Of a DNA stretch of 64,000 nucleotides, positions 25,591 to 39,100 are shown in pieces. The notes beneath the pieces were generated by a model. That model did no database searches. It was not told where the DNA came from and saw nothing but the letters and a program-made list of their open reading frames with translations. Numbering within the stretch: position 1 is the first letter of the stretch; every line of letters begins with the position of its first letter. Position numbers and translations under genes: made by a program. Source of the DNA: Ramazzottius varieornatus (taxonomy: Eukaryota > Animalia > Tardigrada); the NCBI GenBank assembly GCA_001949185.1, contig BDGG01000002.1, positions 7,554,448-7,618,447 of the forward strand. Direction: 5' to 3'.

Positions 25591-26091
25591 ATTCTTTCTA
25601 AGGTTGTTTGAAGGTAATTACAAATTGACAATAATTTACGGCCTTGGTAATCTAAAGAACCGACGCCAGACATCATTGATCGTGATCTCGAAAACGCAAA
25701 AGCCCTTTTTTGTTTTGCCAATTCGATCAAGTCCCAAATGTTCTTGATACAACAACAACATTAATAACTGTCAGGTTACATCTGGTGCTGAGTGGAGGGA
25801 GACAGCTAGCCAAATACATAAGCCAGTGCCTGCACGTGCAAAAGAACAACAAGGAATACCGGAAGTTGCCTTTATCAGTGAATCGGTCTATCTTGGAATG
25901 CGTACACGCCAAGCTTCACATTCGATGCAAGTTCTGATAGTATGAGAAGACGAGAACGTCTATTCTCTGTTGACTAGCGCTGGTCCACCGTCAATTTACT
26001 CGCAGAACAGAACTCCTACCGAAACAGAAGGGAAGAATTGTGGTTATTGTCGCCTTTCTTGCAGATCGAAGTTCCATCTCCAAGTACATTC

Positions 26092-27864
26092 ATGGCGCTG
26101 GACGAAATGAAACAGTGGGACGCGTTGTTGAACGAAGCACTCAACGAGTCGGCAAAGCAAGCCTTGATTCCGTCACCAGTCAATGTCGGCCAGGGATTTT
26201 CCGTGGGACTGATCATCGCAACCTCCCTCACTTCTCTCCTTCTGAACTCCGCGGTTCTTGCCTGCATTCTTCTCCTGAAAGGTCGCTGCCTTTCGGGTTT
26301 CGACATCCTGATAATCAGCCAACTAGTCATTAACGTCTTGCTGACGATCTTCCTGGAACCGTGGGACATCGTCGCGTATTTAATATTGGATGATGGCTGG
26401 CAGTTCGGCGTAACCTTCTGCTACATAACGTAAGTGCCACCCAGTCACGGCCGCGCATAGCGGCTGGGAGCCAACAGACGCAGTCAATTTACTTTAACGT
26501 AGTTTGGTGACGTCATGCGCGACCTTGCCTGGGACGGCGCGCGGGTGTTGTTTGACTGCCTGAGAAGCTCAAAATTTGCCTCAACTCTTTTTTCCTTGTT
26601 CGATCTTACCGTCTGTTTCACCGGATTGCTCATTTTATTAACAGCGAATTCGGTTTGTATTTTTTTTCAGGAGGTTCTTGTCGCTGTGTCTGCCCTTCAT
26701 GAGTTCCTGGAATATCGCCATGATGGCCGTACACCAGTTCATCACCTTGGCCCTCCTGAACAACAAGTGGCTGGCTCGATGTGTGGATGTCGCTCCCAAG
26801 ACTGTACGAATCCTCGTACTGGTGGTCCCAACAGCCATCATCTGGACTGTCGCTGTTTTGATCCATGCACCTGTCGTGTACAACTCCGCAACGGAAATCG
26901 CCCATCACACCTTTTCAACAGTGCATGTCACAATGTGCACACTGGAATTCATCCACGACCTTCTTCACAGCGCGCTTGGGTAAACTTCGTGATGCCTCCC
27001 TTTCGGAACGTAATCTGTTCTCCCATAACGTTGATTTGTTCCCATAACGTCAACCACGTTTTTTTCTTCTTGGTGCTGAAATTAATTTCCATGTTGTCAT
27101 ACCAAGCTCTTTTTCCGTTCCAGGGTCTTCGTCTTACCTTTCGTTTGTGGGTTCCTCTGCCTGGTGGGAATCATCATCTTGCATCGTATAAGAAGCAAGG
27201 ATATTCCCTACGTACTTGAAAGCTCGACCGATGCCGCTGTTTCCTTCCAGTCCGCAAGAACATCAAGTGACGAAGGATCTACTCTGGACCTTGGCGGAGC
27301 ACATGAATTGGACAGACAGCCTATCGTCAGCGGTACCGGATGGAATGGTCCAAACGGAGTACTCGTAAACCCTCCGGATCAAACGAGGAGTAGTCATTCA
27401 ACCTCCAGCATTGTGCAGTGGCCCGAGATCTCGTGGGAAACCCAGCTGATCATGACTGGGCTCTTCGGACTTTTCACGTTCCTCACGGGTCCATCGGGCG
27501 TCCTCGCACTGTATGTACAATTGGCTGCATTCTTTCCGACAGACCTTTATGTGAACTGTAGAGTATCTGTCACCGTCGTAATCACAGAGCGTTCTGTCTT
27601 GCTGTGAATGAGACTGCTTCCCTGTCTTGCAGGTACGCGGATAACCGGATGAAATCACACGGGTTGCACAGTTTGGCCCATGTAACCCAATTCATGGTCG
27701 TCTTCTCGTTGCTCCCGTTAGTTCAGCTAATCCTGGAGCCAATCCTGGTCTTCGTCGTTAGTCGGGAAATCCGCGGAGTGGTGATAAAGCGACAGAGAGG
27801 GCGGAACGTCCAGCTCGCCGCTTCCGTCCTTCAGGCCGCAAACGGCATTGCTCATATCTCGTAA
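26092..27864 (+). CDS. Atypical 7TM rhodopsin-like receptor, paralogue 1
   Basis: Successive hydrophobic helices over 4 exons; WQFGVTFC resembles the ECL1 WxFG..C motif; paralogous to the next gene. Confidence 0.7.
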
Positions 27865-28504
27865 TATGTATGGGTTCTTCACCATCTCTTCGCACTTTTT
27901 GTACTCTGTATCTATCGCCCAAACGTACATCCTCAAGCATAATATTAATGAATTTTTGTATTCGGATGGTGGTGGTTATTTTTGTCCACAACATTTTCGG
28001 AGTGCGGCTGCAGCAACCCATAAAATGGCCGAACCGCGGGAACGTTCTCCTCACCATTGAACACAGTATGGATAGGGAAGTTTTGTCTGCCGGGAAGAAA
28101 AGTAGTGCCAATGTTTGGCAAACTTGGTGCTGATTGTAATCGGGTAAGCTTTTTCCATCGAATGGTAGAAGTCAGCAAACAATCCAGAGGGGGAGTGGCA
28201 CATCAACTTTTATGTCCACGTGATAGTGAGTCGCTTCCTTCGTTTTCTGACCGGAAATGAGGGGCGCCATCGAGCGGCGACTGACTGAAACGCCTTTTTC
28301 ATGATTTGGTACGGTTGGACTATGCCTTGTGTGTATTAACACCAGCCAGAGGAAACTTTCGGAGGATTCCCGATTTATTTATCTATTCATTTTATGGCTG
28401 GAGGGCTTCAGCCGATTGATCTTCGTCTTGTAACACTTCACAGGACGCCCTATTTATAATCATAAGCCCTTGTCACTGTTGGCGCAGTGTAACTGTAACA
28501 CAAA

Positions 28505-30156
28505 ATGGCCGATTATCCAGTGGACTTGCTCGACGCCTGGATCTTCAACATGTCCTACGCGGACTTTGAGATTAATGAGACCACGGCCATACCGACTGCC
28601 CAGCAAACTGTCCTGGATGCTAAACAGGCCGCGGCCATCTTTTGTATCGTCATTGCTTCCTTGTTGTCTTTGCTGACCAACTCTTTGCTGTTTGGCGGCC
28701 AGTTACGGCTCAGCGGGTGGAACGTGTCGGGATTTGATGCCTTGGTCCTCAATCAGTTGCTCATCAATATTCTGTCCACTATCTTCATCGACCCATGGGA
28801 CATTGTCGCTTATTCCGTCATCAAAACCAAATGGCCATTTACCGAAACATTCTGCTATTTCACGTAAGTATTTGGGACGCCGACAAATCAGCTCAGCACT
28901 TCACCTGGATCGTTTTTCCCAGTGACGCACATTTTTAGCCAGTAACAGTAACAACATGCGCCATTCGAGATGATGATCTGGGTGAACTCGTCTACCTGGG
29001 TGCCTTTTCCAACCGTTTCTCTTGCTTTCCAGTCTCAGCATACTTTCCTAATTTCTCTCATAATGTCTAACTTTCCCAAATTAAGATGATTTGTACGCTA
29101 GTTTTTCAGGCGGTTCGCGGCAACATGTCTTCCCTTTATGAACTCCTGGAATATCGCCCTGATGGCTCTCCATCAGTTCATCGCTTATGCCTTTTTGAAC
29201 ACTCCAGCAGCAGTAAAATGGTACTCGTTCCGGTCTTCCCGTTTTATGGTTATCCTTTTGCCGATTCTGATATGGATTTTCGGGGTCCTCATTCACGCAC
29301 CCATTACATACAAATCATGGGGAATACACTATGACGGCCATTGTGCCACGGAAAATTTATTTGCTCTTCTTCATGATAGCCTCGGGTAAGAAGTCCTTAC
29401 AATAACAGCGCAATGAAGCAAGCATGAAAGCTTCAGCGGAACAAAATTAGCCGGAAATGTAATCATCCTCTTTTTTAAGACTCTTCCTTCTGCCCAGTTT
29501 ATTCGGGTTCGGCTGTCTGGTGGCATTGGCGGCCCTCAAACTCCTGACCAAGAAGATCCTTCCCCATGAGGACGAAGGCAGTTCGAGGAATCTGGGCACG
29601 GTAGCTTTCCAAGTACCCTCCACGGAAGCTGCCACTCGAACCACACCTTGGACTGTGTCTGATGATTACCATCGTTTTGAGAATGGCCTGTACGAGACCG
29701 ACAAGGAAAACCTGATTATCTCGCCGCCGGCCTACGAAAAGTCCGGCACGCTTCCGGTGGCCGACCAATCGCCCCGCCGGGAGATAACCAGAGAGAACGT
29801 CCTTATCGCCCTGGCCGTCTTTGTCGGGTTGATCATTTTCATCGCTCCCTATGGCGTCTTTGCCATGTACGTCCTATTATCGATTGACATTTCTCTTGCA
29901 AGGACTTGCTCTGTTGTTAAGCTGATTGGGTTCTTGTAGGTACTTGGACTTTGGTCTGAGGGTGAAAGAAGACTGGACTTATATAGAGAGCTTCTGGTTC
30001 TTCAAATTCTGCTTCCCGTGGGCGCTGGCCAAGCCGCTGTTTGAGCCGCTGGTTATACTCTGTGTCAGTCCGCATGCTCGGCTCGCTTTCACCAGTTGGA
30101 TACGCACAAAAACAGTGATATCCGTACCCACGTCCCAGTCGACGATCGTGGCTTGA
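28505..30156 (+). CDS. Atypical 7TM rhodopsin-like receptor, paralogue 2
   Basis: SGFDAL..NQL.INIL.TIF..PWDIVAY, WPFTETFC, SWNIALMALHQF; same intron positions as paralogue 1. Confidence 0.7.
28922..28964. repeat. Intronic palindromic element unit
   Basis: gtgacgcac-N25-atgcgccat, intron 1 of 7TM paralogue 2. Confidence 0.75.
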
Positions 30157-30670
30157 AACGAATATTCTCGTTACTGTGGATTACAGAAATATACATACCA
30201 AACCCTGCACTAGTTTCAAATCTACGCTCAGTTTAATTACCGAATCGCTTCCGACTTTTTTGGCCTTACAACTGCGTTCGTTTGGTTCTTCCTTTAATTG
30301 GTATTCGCTGTACAGATTCTGCTTTTCTTCCCAATTGATTAGATTTCGTCGAACTAAATTTATGTCTGATTGAACTTGGGAAGGGAAGGGAAGGCGACGG
30401 CGTCGCCACCTCATGTTCGGCCACTTTTCCGCCCTGACGTCACAGCAGAATCGGCTGTTTTGCACTTTGCAGTCCAGAATCTGGATTGCTCCGCAGATCT
30501 CCTTGATCATTTGTTATCGCGCAAACCTCAGAAGGTGCGACCGATAGGGCGTAGCTAGTGTCTGGGTCAAGTAGAAAGCTAGCTGGGCCAACTAGACGGA
30601 TCGGAATCTTGGAATCGACCGTCGATGAGCATCAGCGCAACAGCTCGGAAACCTTCGACGCTTCGGCTTC

Positions 30671-31033
30671 ATGGAGAATATCTATCGCTTGAAGGGACGA
30701 ACGGAGAACGACTGGAGCTGGCAGATCCGCAAAAAGTTCATCCTGTACCACTTGCAGCAGCAGCCGGATAGCAAATCTCTGGCGATGCTCAACTCGTACT
30801 CCTGGACGCTGCTCAATTCCAAGACGCTAAAATGCCGGTACAAATTCTTATCAACTTTTTTGTTGGGCCGCGCTTCTACGGTCAAACGGGCGTCTTTCTT
30901 TGATAGTTACGATCAAGATCAAGTCGCGAACCTGAATCGGATGGCCAAACACGTCGGTATTTATGACCAGCTTCATGCTTCTAAATTCAAAGCGGAGGGC
31001 AAAGTGCCAGCTCGAGCCGGAACAAAGCGCTAA
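30671..31033 (+). CDS. Small XRN2-binding-domain (XTBD; PAXT-1/CDKN2AIPNL-like) protein
   Basis: E.D..W..R.KFI..H...L.CRY pattern of XTBD; single ORF of 120 aa. Confidence 0.6.
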   Translation: MENIYRLKGRTENDWSWQIRKKFILYHLQQQPDSKSLAMLNSYSWTLLNSKTLKCRYKFLSTFLLGRASTVKRASFFDSYDQDQVANLNRMAKHVGIYDQLHASKFKAEGKVPARAGTKR

Positions 31034-31379
31034 GGGAAAGATATGCTGACAGCTGTAAGCCAGTTTCTTTAAGACTGAAAACTCCCTGGAATCTGCGCTT
31101 CCTTTGCCGTCACAGACCGTTCAGACACACTGATTGGGCTCTTTTTATTTCTTTTGTTGTTTTGTTTTTACGTTTCTATAAATTTTGTTTTAAAAAAGCT
31201 TAGTGTGTCTGAACGTTCGTCGATTGCTGGTCTGTTATTCCACCAGCGGTAAGTGACAAGTTCCTTTCTCCTTGCGAAACATTTTCCGGAGCCACGAAAT
31301 TATGGAAGTATCTGACCAAAGCATGTATTGAACCAAAAGGCCCTTTAGGCTCTCTTTATTTCATCTTGGTGGTCATTTT

Positions 31380-34300
31380 TTAGCTCAAGACAGGTTGAGC
31401 TGCTCCACCAGAACGAGTATAACCCATGGGAGCAGCACTGCTCCGTTGAACACGGCCTGCGCTGCTCTTTAGAGAATTAGTACCAAAGAAAAAACTATGA
31501 TTACTTTTACAATATTGATCGCGAAGATCAGACACGCCGTGATGATGAGAAGTAGTCTCTGAATGTACAAAACGTGGCAAAAGAGAAGATTTATTATTTC
31601 TACTAGATACAGAAACGCGCATGGCGCACTTCCGACTACCGATCACTTCGGTCCAACCGCCGTCTTCACTGGCTTGACTGCGGGACGACGACTCGGGCTC
31701 ATCACTATGCACTCCAGAGTCCTCGGAATGCTTCTCCAGAGCATCGGAACTGGCCAGAGACTCGTCCCAGTCCACCGAAGCTCCTCCAGACGAGCTCCCT
31801 CTGCGTGAAGGTACTTCCGTCTTCTTAGCACAAAAGATTTCTTCGGTGACTTTCTCAGGTAGAACTCCCGAAGTGAACGTCAGGCCGCATTTCCGCACAT
31901 CATTCGACGAAACAGCCGGCTTCTCCTGAACGAAACCCGGAATCATTCCGTCCTGCGACACCGAAGTCTTCACAACGGGCGACTGCTGAACCGGAACTGA
32001 CTTGGCTGACACCGAATGCCTTAACCGAGAGTTGTTCAAGTGAGAAAACGATCGGCTTTTCATCTGTCCAAACGGACGCCCGCATTCCCGTACTTTTCCC
32101 GAGAACCTACTCCAGAAGTCCCGTGCGTTCTTCTGACCAGGGCGTGACTGCAGAACTTGTTCCACTGCTTTGTTCACGCTGGTCAAGTTGGCCAGTTCGC
32201 TCTCATCAAAAAACCATTCCTTCACGTCCCCCACACACTTACTCAAAATCTTCAGGCTCTCCTGATCGTTCGGCCTGTTCACCGAACCCAGTAGCGAACA
32301 AGAAAGCTTGAGGGAGTTTTCGCTAGTGATACCCAGGTTGTGCAGGTGATTTCGGTGACGAAACCAGGTAGCGCCGGTCAAGAGCACATCCGACGGCAGC
32401 TGTGCGTTGTTCTCAGCTCGTTGAGGAGAAATTATGTACAAGGTCTCTTCCTTCAATAAGCGGCGGTTAGCGATGGGCAGAGCTGGATCAGGCGTCGCTG
32501 ACAGCTCCGAACGGACCTCACAGGTTGGCAGAGTGACTGGCGCACCAGGGTACGGATTCACGCTGGTCGGGGGAAAGCGAGGCGGTATTGGGCAAGCCAA
32601 CGGCCGGAACACGCTGGGGTACTTTGCCAGGTTAGTCTTCGGCGGCTTGGTGAAGGCTCTTGGTTGACCAAAGGGATTCATCGCTACGGGGGAAGGTACC
32701 GGTGGAGGGTGGGCATGTTGGATGGGCGACGGAGGCGGTGGTGGTCCGAGGAAGCGGGGAGCCCAGTCGGGTCCTCCGACCGGCATCGGTGGCCGGAATG
32801 GCCGAAGAGTTCGATCGGCCGGCATCATCAACATCGCCATGTCGCTCCGAGGTGGAAGTTGTGGCGGGGGTGCGCCGACGACAAAGTTCTGCCCGGGAGG
32901 AGCTGGAGGCAAAGTCCACGGGATGGGTGGTGGATTGCTCTGTGGTGGAGGCGGCGGCGGTTGCGGCGGTTGGAAAGGGGCACCTGACGGACCGAATGAC
33001 TGCGACTGCGTCTTCTGAATGGGCTTTGGCAGGTTCAGTTCTCGAGAAGGTTTGGAACCCCGTTTGAGCTGGGTGGAGCTGCTCCGCTGGGATGCATTGT
33101 GCCGTCTTCGGTGTTGGGGACCTCGGCTCTGAATGAGTCGCTGACGCTCGGCGGACTGGCTCTCGAAGACACCACCTCCTTCTTTGGACACGTTGAATAC
33201 GTAGTTGGAAGGGCTGTAGTGAAGCACATGACGCAGGAGCTCGTTCGGCTTTGCCAAAATCGTCCTGAGAAATTAAGATAGCTCTACATAGGGAAACGCG
33301 AGGAACATTTTAGGCCTGGGCGAACAAACTCCAACAGATTATTTCTTCAAGTGGCGCAAGCTGACAGCCGATAACACCGTAAACGTGCGCCACTTGGGAA
33401 AATCATATCGTCGGTTTTGTTCGCCGAGGTCCAATGTTTCCTACGTACAGATACATATCCCGAATCACTCGAACTGTATCCGATATTCTTCCCACCACAC
33501 ATGCCACTCTTTCACTCGATTCTAAAGGAGTAAACACGTGATTATGGACCGGCAAGGATTATGGCACGATTGTTGAGCCACAGAATAATTTGTGAAGGGC
33601 GTGGAACGCACTGGGCAGAGTCAGTCCGAAGATCTGGATATCACAATCATGTTGGAACGACAAGTTGTCGACCTGGGACCCTCGAACACCGATGAGCATT
33701 CCAACGATCTTCTCGTGGACCAGATGCCTGGTTTTGATGCAGAGGTTCGCCGCTCCGCCATAATACTCGTTCCAGAACTGGTCAGGCTTGAAAAACTCAT
33801 AGTCCCATGTCTCGAGTAAGGTCAGACAACTATTAAAATGTCCACAAAATGTGAGGGTCCCTTCTGGCGATTTTTCCTGAAATAACCAGAGTAAGACAGG
33901 AAAAGTGACTAGAATGCAAACTTAATATTCTGATGATAGAGAAAAGGATTGAACTTCGAGGACTTACAGAAGCATCTTCCTCTAAAGTATACCGAACTCG
34001 GAAACCGTTTACAAAAACGTCTCCGTCCGACGAGCCGTTAAATACGTTCTTCAGATATTTGACGGTTTCCACCCGCAATAAAAAACGAAGAGTAACGGGA
34101 AACGCAATCTCAGCGGCTGTAAAACAGAAAAGAAGATTACAGCCCTGTTACAAAATATTCTCGAAAATTTGAGGATTATGCCGAAGGGAGAAGAGCAGGC
34201 AGGCAGGCAGGCAGGCAGGGTGAAGTACCTTTTAAGGCCTGCACAGATTCAAGATATTTGCGGGCAGTGAGCTGTTCGTAAACTTTATTCTTGCGGTCAG

Positions 34301-34394
34301 CAACAAGTGGACAATGGTCGTTCTGGTTTTGGTTTTGTGAGATAAAACGGGGACCTCGGTGACTTCTTGCTTGACAATGATCCCATTGACTCAT
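31380..34394 (-). CDS. KH-domain protein with long Pro-rich/low-complexity C-terminal exon
   Basis: Exons near 33460-33820 read LVHEKIVGMLIGVRGSQVDNL...DIQI and ERVACVVG.....V (KH GxxG loop); final 625-codon ORF. Start at 34394 is tentative. Confidence 0.55.
33300..33442. repeat. Intronic palindromic element, best full-length copy with outer arms
   Basis: Core 33351-33393 (N25), nested in outer inverted arms ggaacatt..ggcgaacaaa / ttttgttcgcc..aatgtttcc. Confidence 0.9.
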
Positions 34395-35287
34395 GACCCA
34401 ACGGGTAGCACTTTGATTCGATTTATCACATATACAGGCATGCTACCTTCTAAAATTTCAAACATGCAGTACCACAAGGCGCTTTACTTGTCATTCCCCA
34501 CCGAACATCACCAAGGTAACTTTTGACTTTTCTTCATCAATGACCAGCGTGATACAGCGGAGACCTCCTCTCGCCGACAGAATTTCGCAGGGAACCCGGA
34601 AATGACACTGCGAAATCATCTTGCGACAAGGCAACGATTAGATTCTGTTGTAGCAAAAGAACTCAAGCAGTGTTTGAGATAACTTGAAGGTTTGCTCGTT
34701 CAACGTTTGTTCGATATTCAGTACGAAAATAATTTCGCAATTTTTCTCCGACTTTAAGTGTGTCTCGCTTGATAGACGTTTTTTCCCCCTATTTTCATAC
34801 TTTATTAGCCGCAGACAATTTCAAAATTCAGTATTGGAGAAGTATTCAGTTCTACAGTATGAAACGGAAGATTTTAACGCGCGCACATGGAAGACTCGTA
34901 CCGGCTTGTGTCGCGTAGGTCTGAATATCGGATGAATGGAAAAACAGTGGTGTCTTCAAGTGAGGTCCACACTGCATCCGGTCTCACGCGTCTAACGTGC
35001 CGCTCGACTGTATCCGCCCAGGCAGTAGCTCTATAACATGAACAGCAAGACAAATATCAATCACCATAAGATAATACCGTTGTACACTGGGTATCACAGC
35101 TTGCGCAACTGTTGGATCATCATAAAAAAATTAGACATCAACAGGTTAGATTGTGCTAAAGTCAGTTTAGGGTATGGAACCACACAGCCGAACGGATTTG
35201 CTAAAAATCTTCAAGCCCGGCGCCACTTTGCTACTTACGTATCAGCGGAAGAAAGCAGCGGGCTCATATCTGTTCATTCGTGAGATA

Positions 35288-35922
35288 TGACGGGATTCAT
35301 GGGAACGCATCAGCACAGTCCTCACTGGAGTTTTTCGTATCTTTTGTTGACGGGCTTTCGTGTGGCGGTCTTGTTGTCCTTGCTTTCTTCCTTAGGTAAG
35401 TCCCTCGTTCTTTATGAACGGTGCTACTGATACCGCCAGCTTGTCTTGTAGTCTCTGCCACCTGGTGTAATATTTGCGATTACACGAAAGCAGATAGCTG
35501 CGAAGACCCTGCACACTACCGAAGAGTCGATTGTACCACCTTTTGGTCCGCCAGCAAGTACTGTTTCAAGTTTAACGGAACCCGCAACGCGGTTCGCAAG
35601 AATGGCGGAGAGATTTCCACAACCGGTAAGTGTATCTTCCCCAACCGATACCCAGAGTAAATACTTGACTGCAACAGGTGTTCATCGGGCTTGCGAGCTG
35701 GAATCCGATCTTGAGACCTATGGACTTGTCGACGCTTCCCCTGGTTGCGCGAATCTCCACGTTTTCAATAAAAACACCTCGCTTTACAACACTTTCGTCT
35801 ACGATGGCACTCTCTGCATATGCCAGGAAGACGACTGCAACAAAGGGACAGTCAACTTCCGGTCCTCTGCCCTATTCATCCTAATCTTGTTTCCTTTCTC
35901 GATTTTCTGCCATAATATTTAG
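35288..35922 (+). CDS. Ly6/uPAR three-finger protein (quiver/sleepless-like), probably GPI-anchored
   Basis: Signal peptide, CxxC, CFK, RAC, C.C..D.CN and a hydrophobic C-terminus; 3 exons. Confidence 0.8.
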
Positions 35923-36174
35923 CTAACTGGATAATAGCAAGATATTGAACTGGAAAGTTTACTTGGTCTTTGATGCTGTCGACGTAACCGGCCTAATACA
36001 AACCGACTCCTAACTGTACAAAATTTCCGCTACATCTAGTAGACGTGAGTGAATAGAACTTTCACTGGAAGACCACTCGAATGCAATCAACATTGAAATA
36101 AAAAGGTAAAAGGATAACACTCACTATGAAATATTCGCGTGAAGGACGGTCTTGAGGACTCTAAGGCCGGAGGT

Positions 36175-39100
36175 CTATACATTGGTCGTAGAGGACGGGG
36201 CTGAAGGACTTGGTTGACTAGTGGACGACGAGGAGGTAGTAGTTTCTGGACTCGACGCAGAAAACGGCACAGCGTACAACATGCAGTTGTTGCATACTCG
36301 AACTGGTCGTTGAATTTGAAAATGCGGAAGAGGAATGGTGTTTGAGCTACACTGCTGACAGAAAACCTGGAAAACACAAGCAAAAACCTCGGTTAGAGCG
36401 GCGCAGAAATCCATCCGAGAAGGTAACAAGAACACCCAACATCCAGCACCTGCATACATATGCCATGCGATATATGCCGAAAAGCATATGCAGGTGCGTG
36501 AGACGCTATCCATCACGCGCCCGCATGAATACATACTGTACAGTGACGGACAGACAACTCGATGTATGCAGGTAAGTGAGATATGACACATTCGATTGGC
36601 GTCCTCTTCCACTTCGAAACCAGTTTGACCGTTCTGATTTCTACTAGCACTACACGACAATACACACTTCTAATTACCTTGCCACAGTTGCGGCAGTGGT
36701 GCTTCCGTCTAACAAACGTGAATGGTGCGTCACATGCCGCGCACAGCAGAGCCTGTTCGTCAGGAATCCATGCTGGTGGATCTGCGAACGAGCAGATAAA
36801 ACAATGTCAACCGCCAACTGACAGAAACAAGACCAGTCAGTGTAGCTATTGTTTGTGCAAGCGCATACGCACCTTTAGAAGTAGTCGAACGAGCTCTTTC
36901 CCCAGCCGACACCAGCAGGTTTTGACGGTAGTGTGAAGTGGACGGGTCGGCCGGAATGGCTACTGCTGGTGACGTTGTGGCTTGTGCTGCTGTTTCTTTC
37001 GCCGGAAAAGAAGTGTCGGAATGCATGTCGAAAATGCATTTCAGAATGGATCGTAAATCGCTGGCGTAATTCTGATGCAACTGATCTGCCACACCTACAA
37101 TAAGGAAAACCCAACGTGAATGAACCAACTTGATAAAAAGAGCATTAATTAAACTGTACATGGACACCGAAAAGGCAGTAGTCAGAAATCCGGTCAGGAA
37201 GGGCGAAGATCCGCTTTCCAATGAGAATTCAGCAAACGAACCCGATAAGACTATCTTTCCAAAGTGGCGCACGGTTGCAGCCAATACATCGAAAACGTGC
37301 GCCACTTGGGAAAACAGTTATACCGATTTCGCTTGCCCAAGTGGCGCACACTTCCAGCGGGGCTGGCTAAAGTATGGGCCACTTGGCGAAACCGACCTTA
37401 ACGAGTTTGTTTGCCTGCGTTCCAGAAGTCAAGATATTATCGCTTGTACATTTCCGCACAGGAAGCTTTGGAAACCGAAATTTGGTAGGCGGAAACAATA
37501 TGATAAGTCAAGCGTATCATACTAACCGGAAATGCAGACATAAAGTCGTTGAATCAAGTCGGTGCTGCTGCGGAACTTGGTGCGTATCTCATAGTGAGCT
37601 GCCATTTCCATGCGCTGTAGCATCATGGCCAGTTCTTCGTCGTTCAGACCTGTGGGGCTACACCACAAAAGCAGCAATAAAATCTCCAACAACAAAAGTT
37701 CGCTACCGATACCCACTAATTAGGCTGCTTTGTGACCTACGATAGTACCTGTCAGCAGTTCTGTTCTCCTCTGGCATGGAGAACTTGCCTAGCGTTGAGC
37801 CTTTTCCCAAAGACGGTAGTGCCCGACAGAGCTTCTCGACGTAATCATGTACAACAGGAATATCGTACTCTTGGACGGAAATATCATCCACACCAAGGGT
37901 TTCCTTCATGATCACTGAAGGTTCTTCGGCGCGACAAAGGCACTTCTCTAGCGTGAAGAGTTCTTCTCGGTTAAGCGTCAGCAGAAGCTCCCTGAAAAAC
38001 GTAACCACAACAGTATTAATCCGGAAGTGATTCTTCACTATCTGATTTCCGGTTCGATTTTCCATTCAAGTTTAATTCATCGATTCTTATCGGTAATATT
38101 CTGAATTCAGTCTCAGTTCGCTACTGGACAAGGTGGCTTGCTGCTTACTTGATTCGGGATAGCAAACGAAGGAAATGCCTGAACATCTCCGGTACTAGCA
38201 TGGCATCCTGCTCGATACGTAGTGGTCCTTCAGGAAAAACAAGTAGGCCAGCCACGATGGCCAAACGAGGAATGGTGAACATTAAAGCCGGATCACAGCT
38301 TTCAATCATGTCGGCCGTTATAAACTTTAATCTCATGGCTCTGCAATCGCAAGTGCATATTAAACTTTCCACAAGGCCAATATTAAGGGGAGTAAAACCT
38401 CGCCATAGCAAGCCATGCCACGCACCACAACAGCCAGCCTAATAACTCTTGTTAATTACCGTACGGCTTACCATGAAGCGTCAAATCAGCTCGGATAATT
38501 AATAGGAATGACTTTTGATCCGCGATTACTCAGTTTAATAAGGGCAGATAAAGAAAATCCTTTCTTACCTGAGAGTTGTTTCGGAAAAGAGCACTATGAC
38601 ATCCTGATGCAGGCCATATTCCTTAGATGTCTTCACCGGTACCATAGCGCTTACGTAACTGCAAAAAGAAGGTTTTGAGCATTTCGTAAGCCAAGCGGAA
38701 AGTCGATATCGACTGAAACCATCTTTACGTAACGTGCGTATTTCCCTCACCTCAGCTCAAATTCCGCAAACATATGGTCAAAAACTCTCAGCATCTCGAC
38801 GACACGGTCGCTGTAAGTAGTAGCATCGCGAAAGTATTGCTCTCGCAAAGCTACACGGAGCGTGTCCAGTTGACGAGTTACTGCTCGAGCTAATGGTCGC
38901 ATCGCTGCACTTTCTATCTCCCGATTGAGAATGTTCGATCCAGCCGAAAGACACTGAAAATAGACCGAAAATATACTCTAAACATTCCCCAACATCAACA
39001 TGAACAAGCCCAACAGGAGGAAACATCTCTGAAATAAAAAGTGAGTTTCTGGGAGCTTGACAAGCAAACTCGACAAGACTGTTTGTTCCGAGTGGGGCAC

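Noticed and set aside
28864-29109. Palindromic family acting as an introner (intron-creating element)
   Set aside because: Element ends do not coincide with splice sites, and the paralogous gene has the same intron without a clear copy.
31336-31356. aaaaggccctttaggc resembling a histone stem-loop
   Set aside because: The stem is incomplete and it is not downstream of a histone gene.
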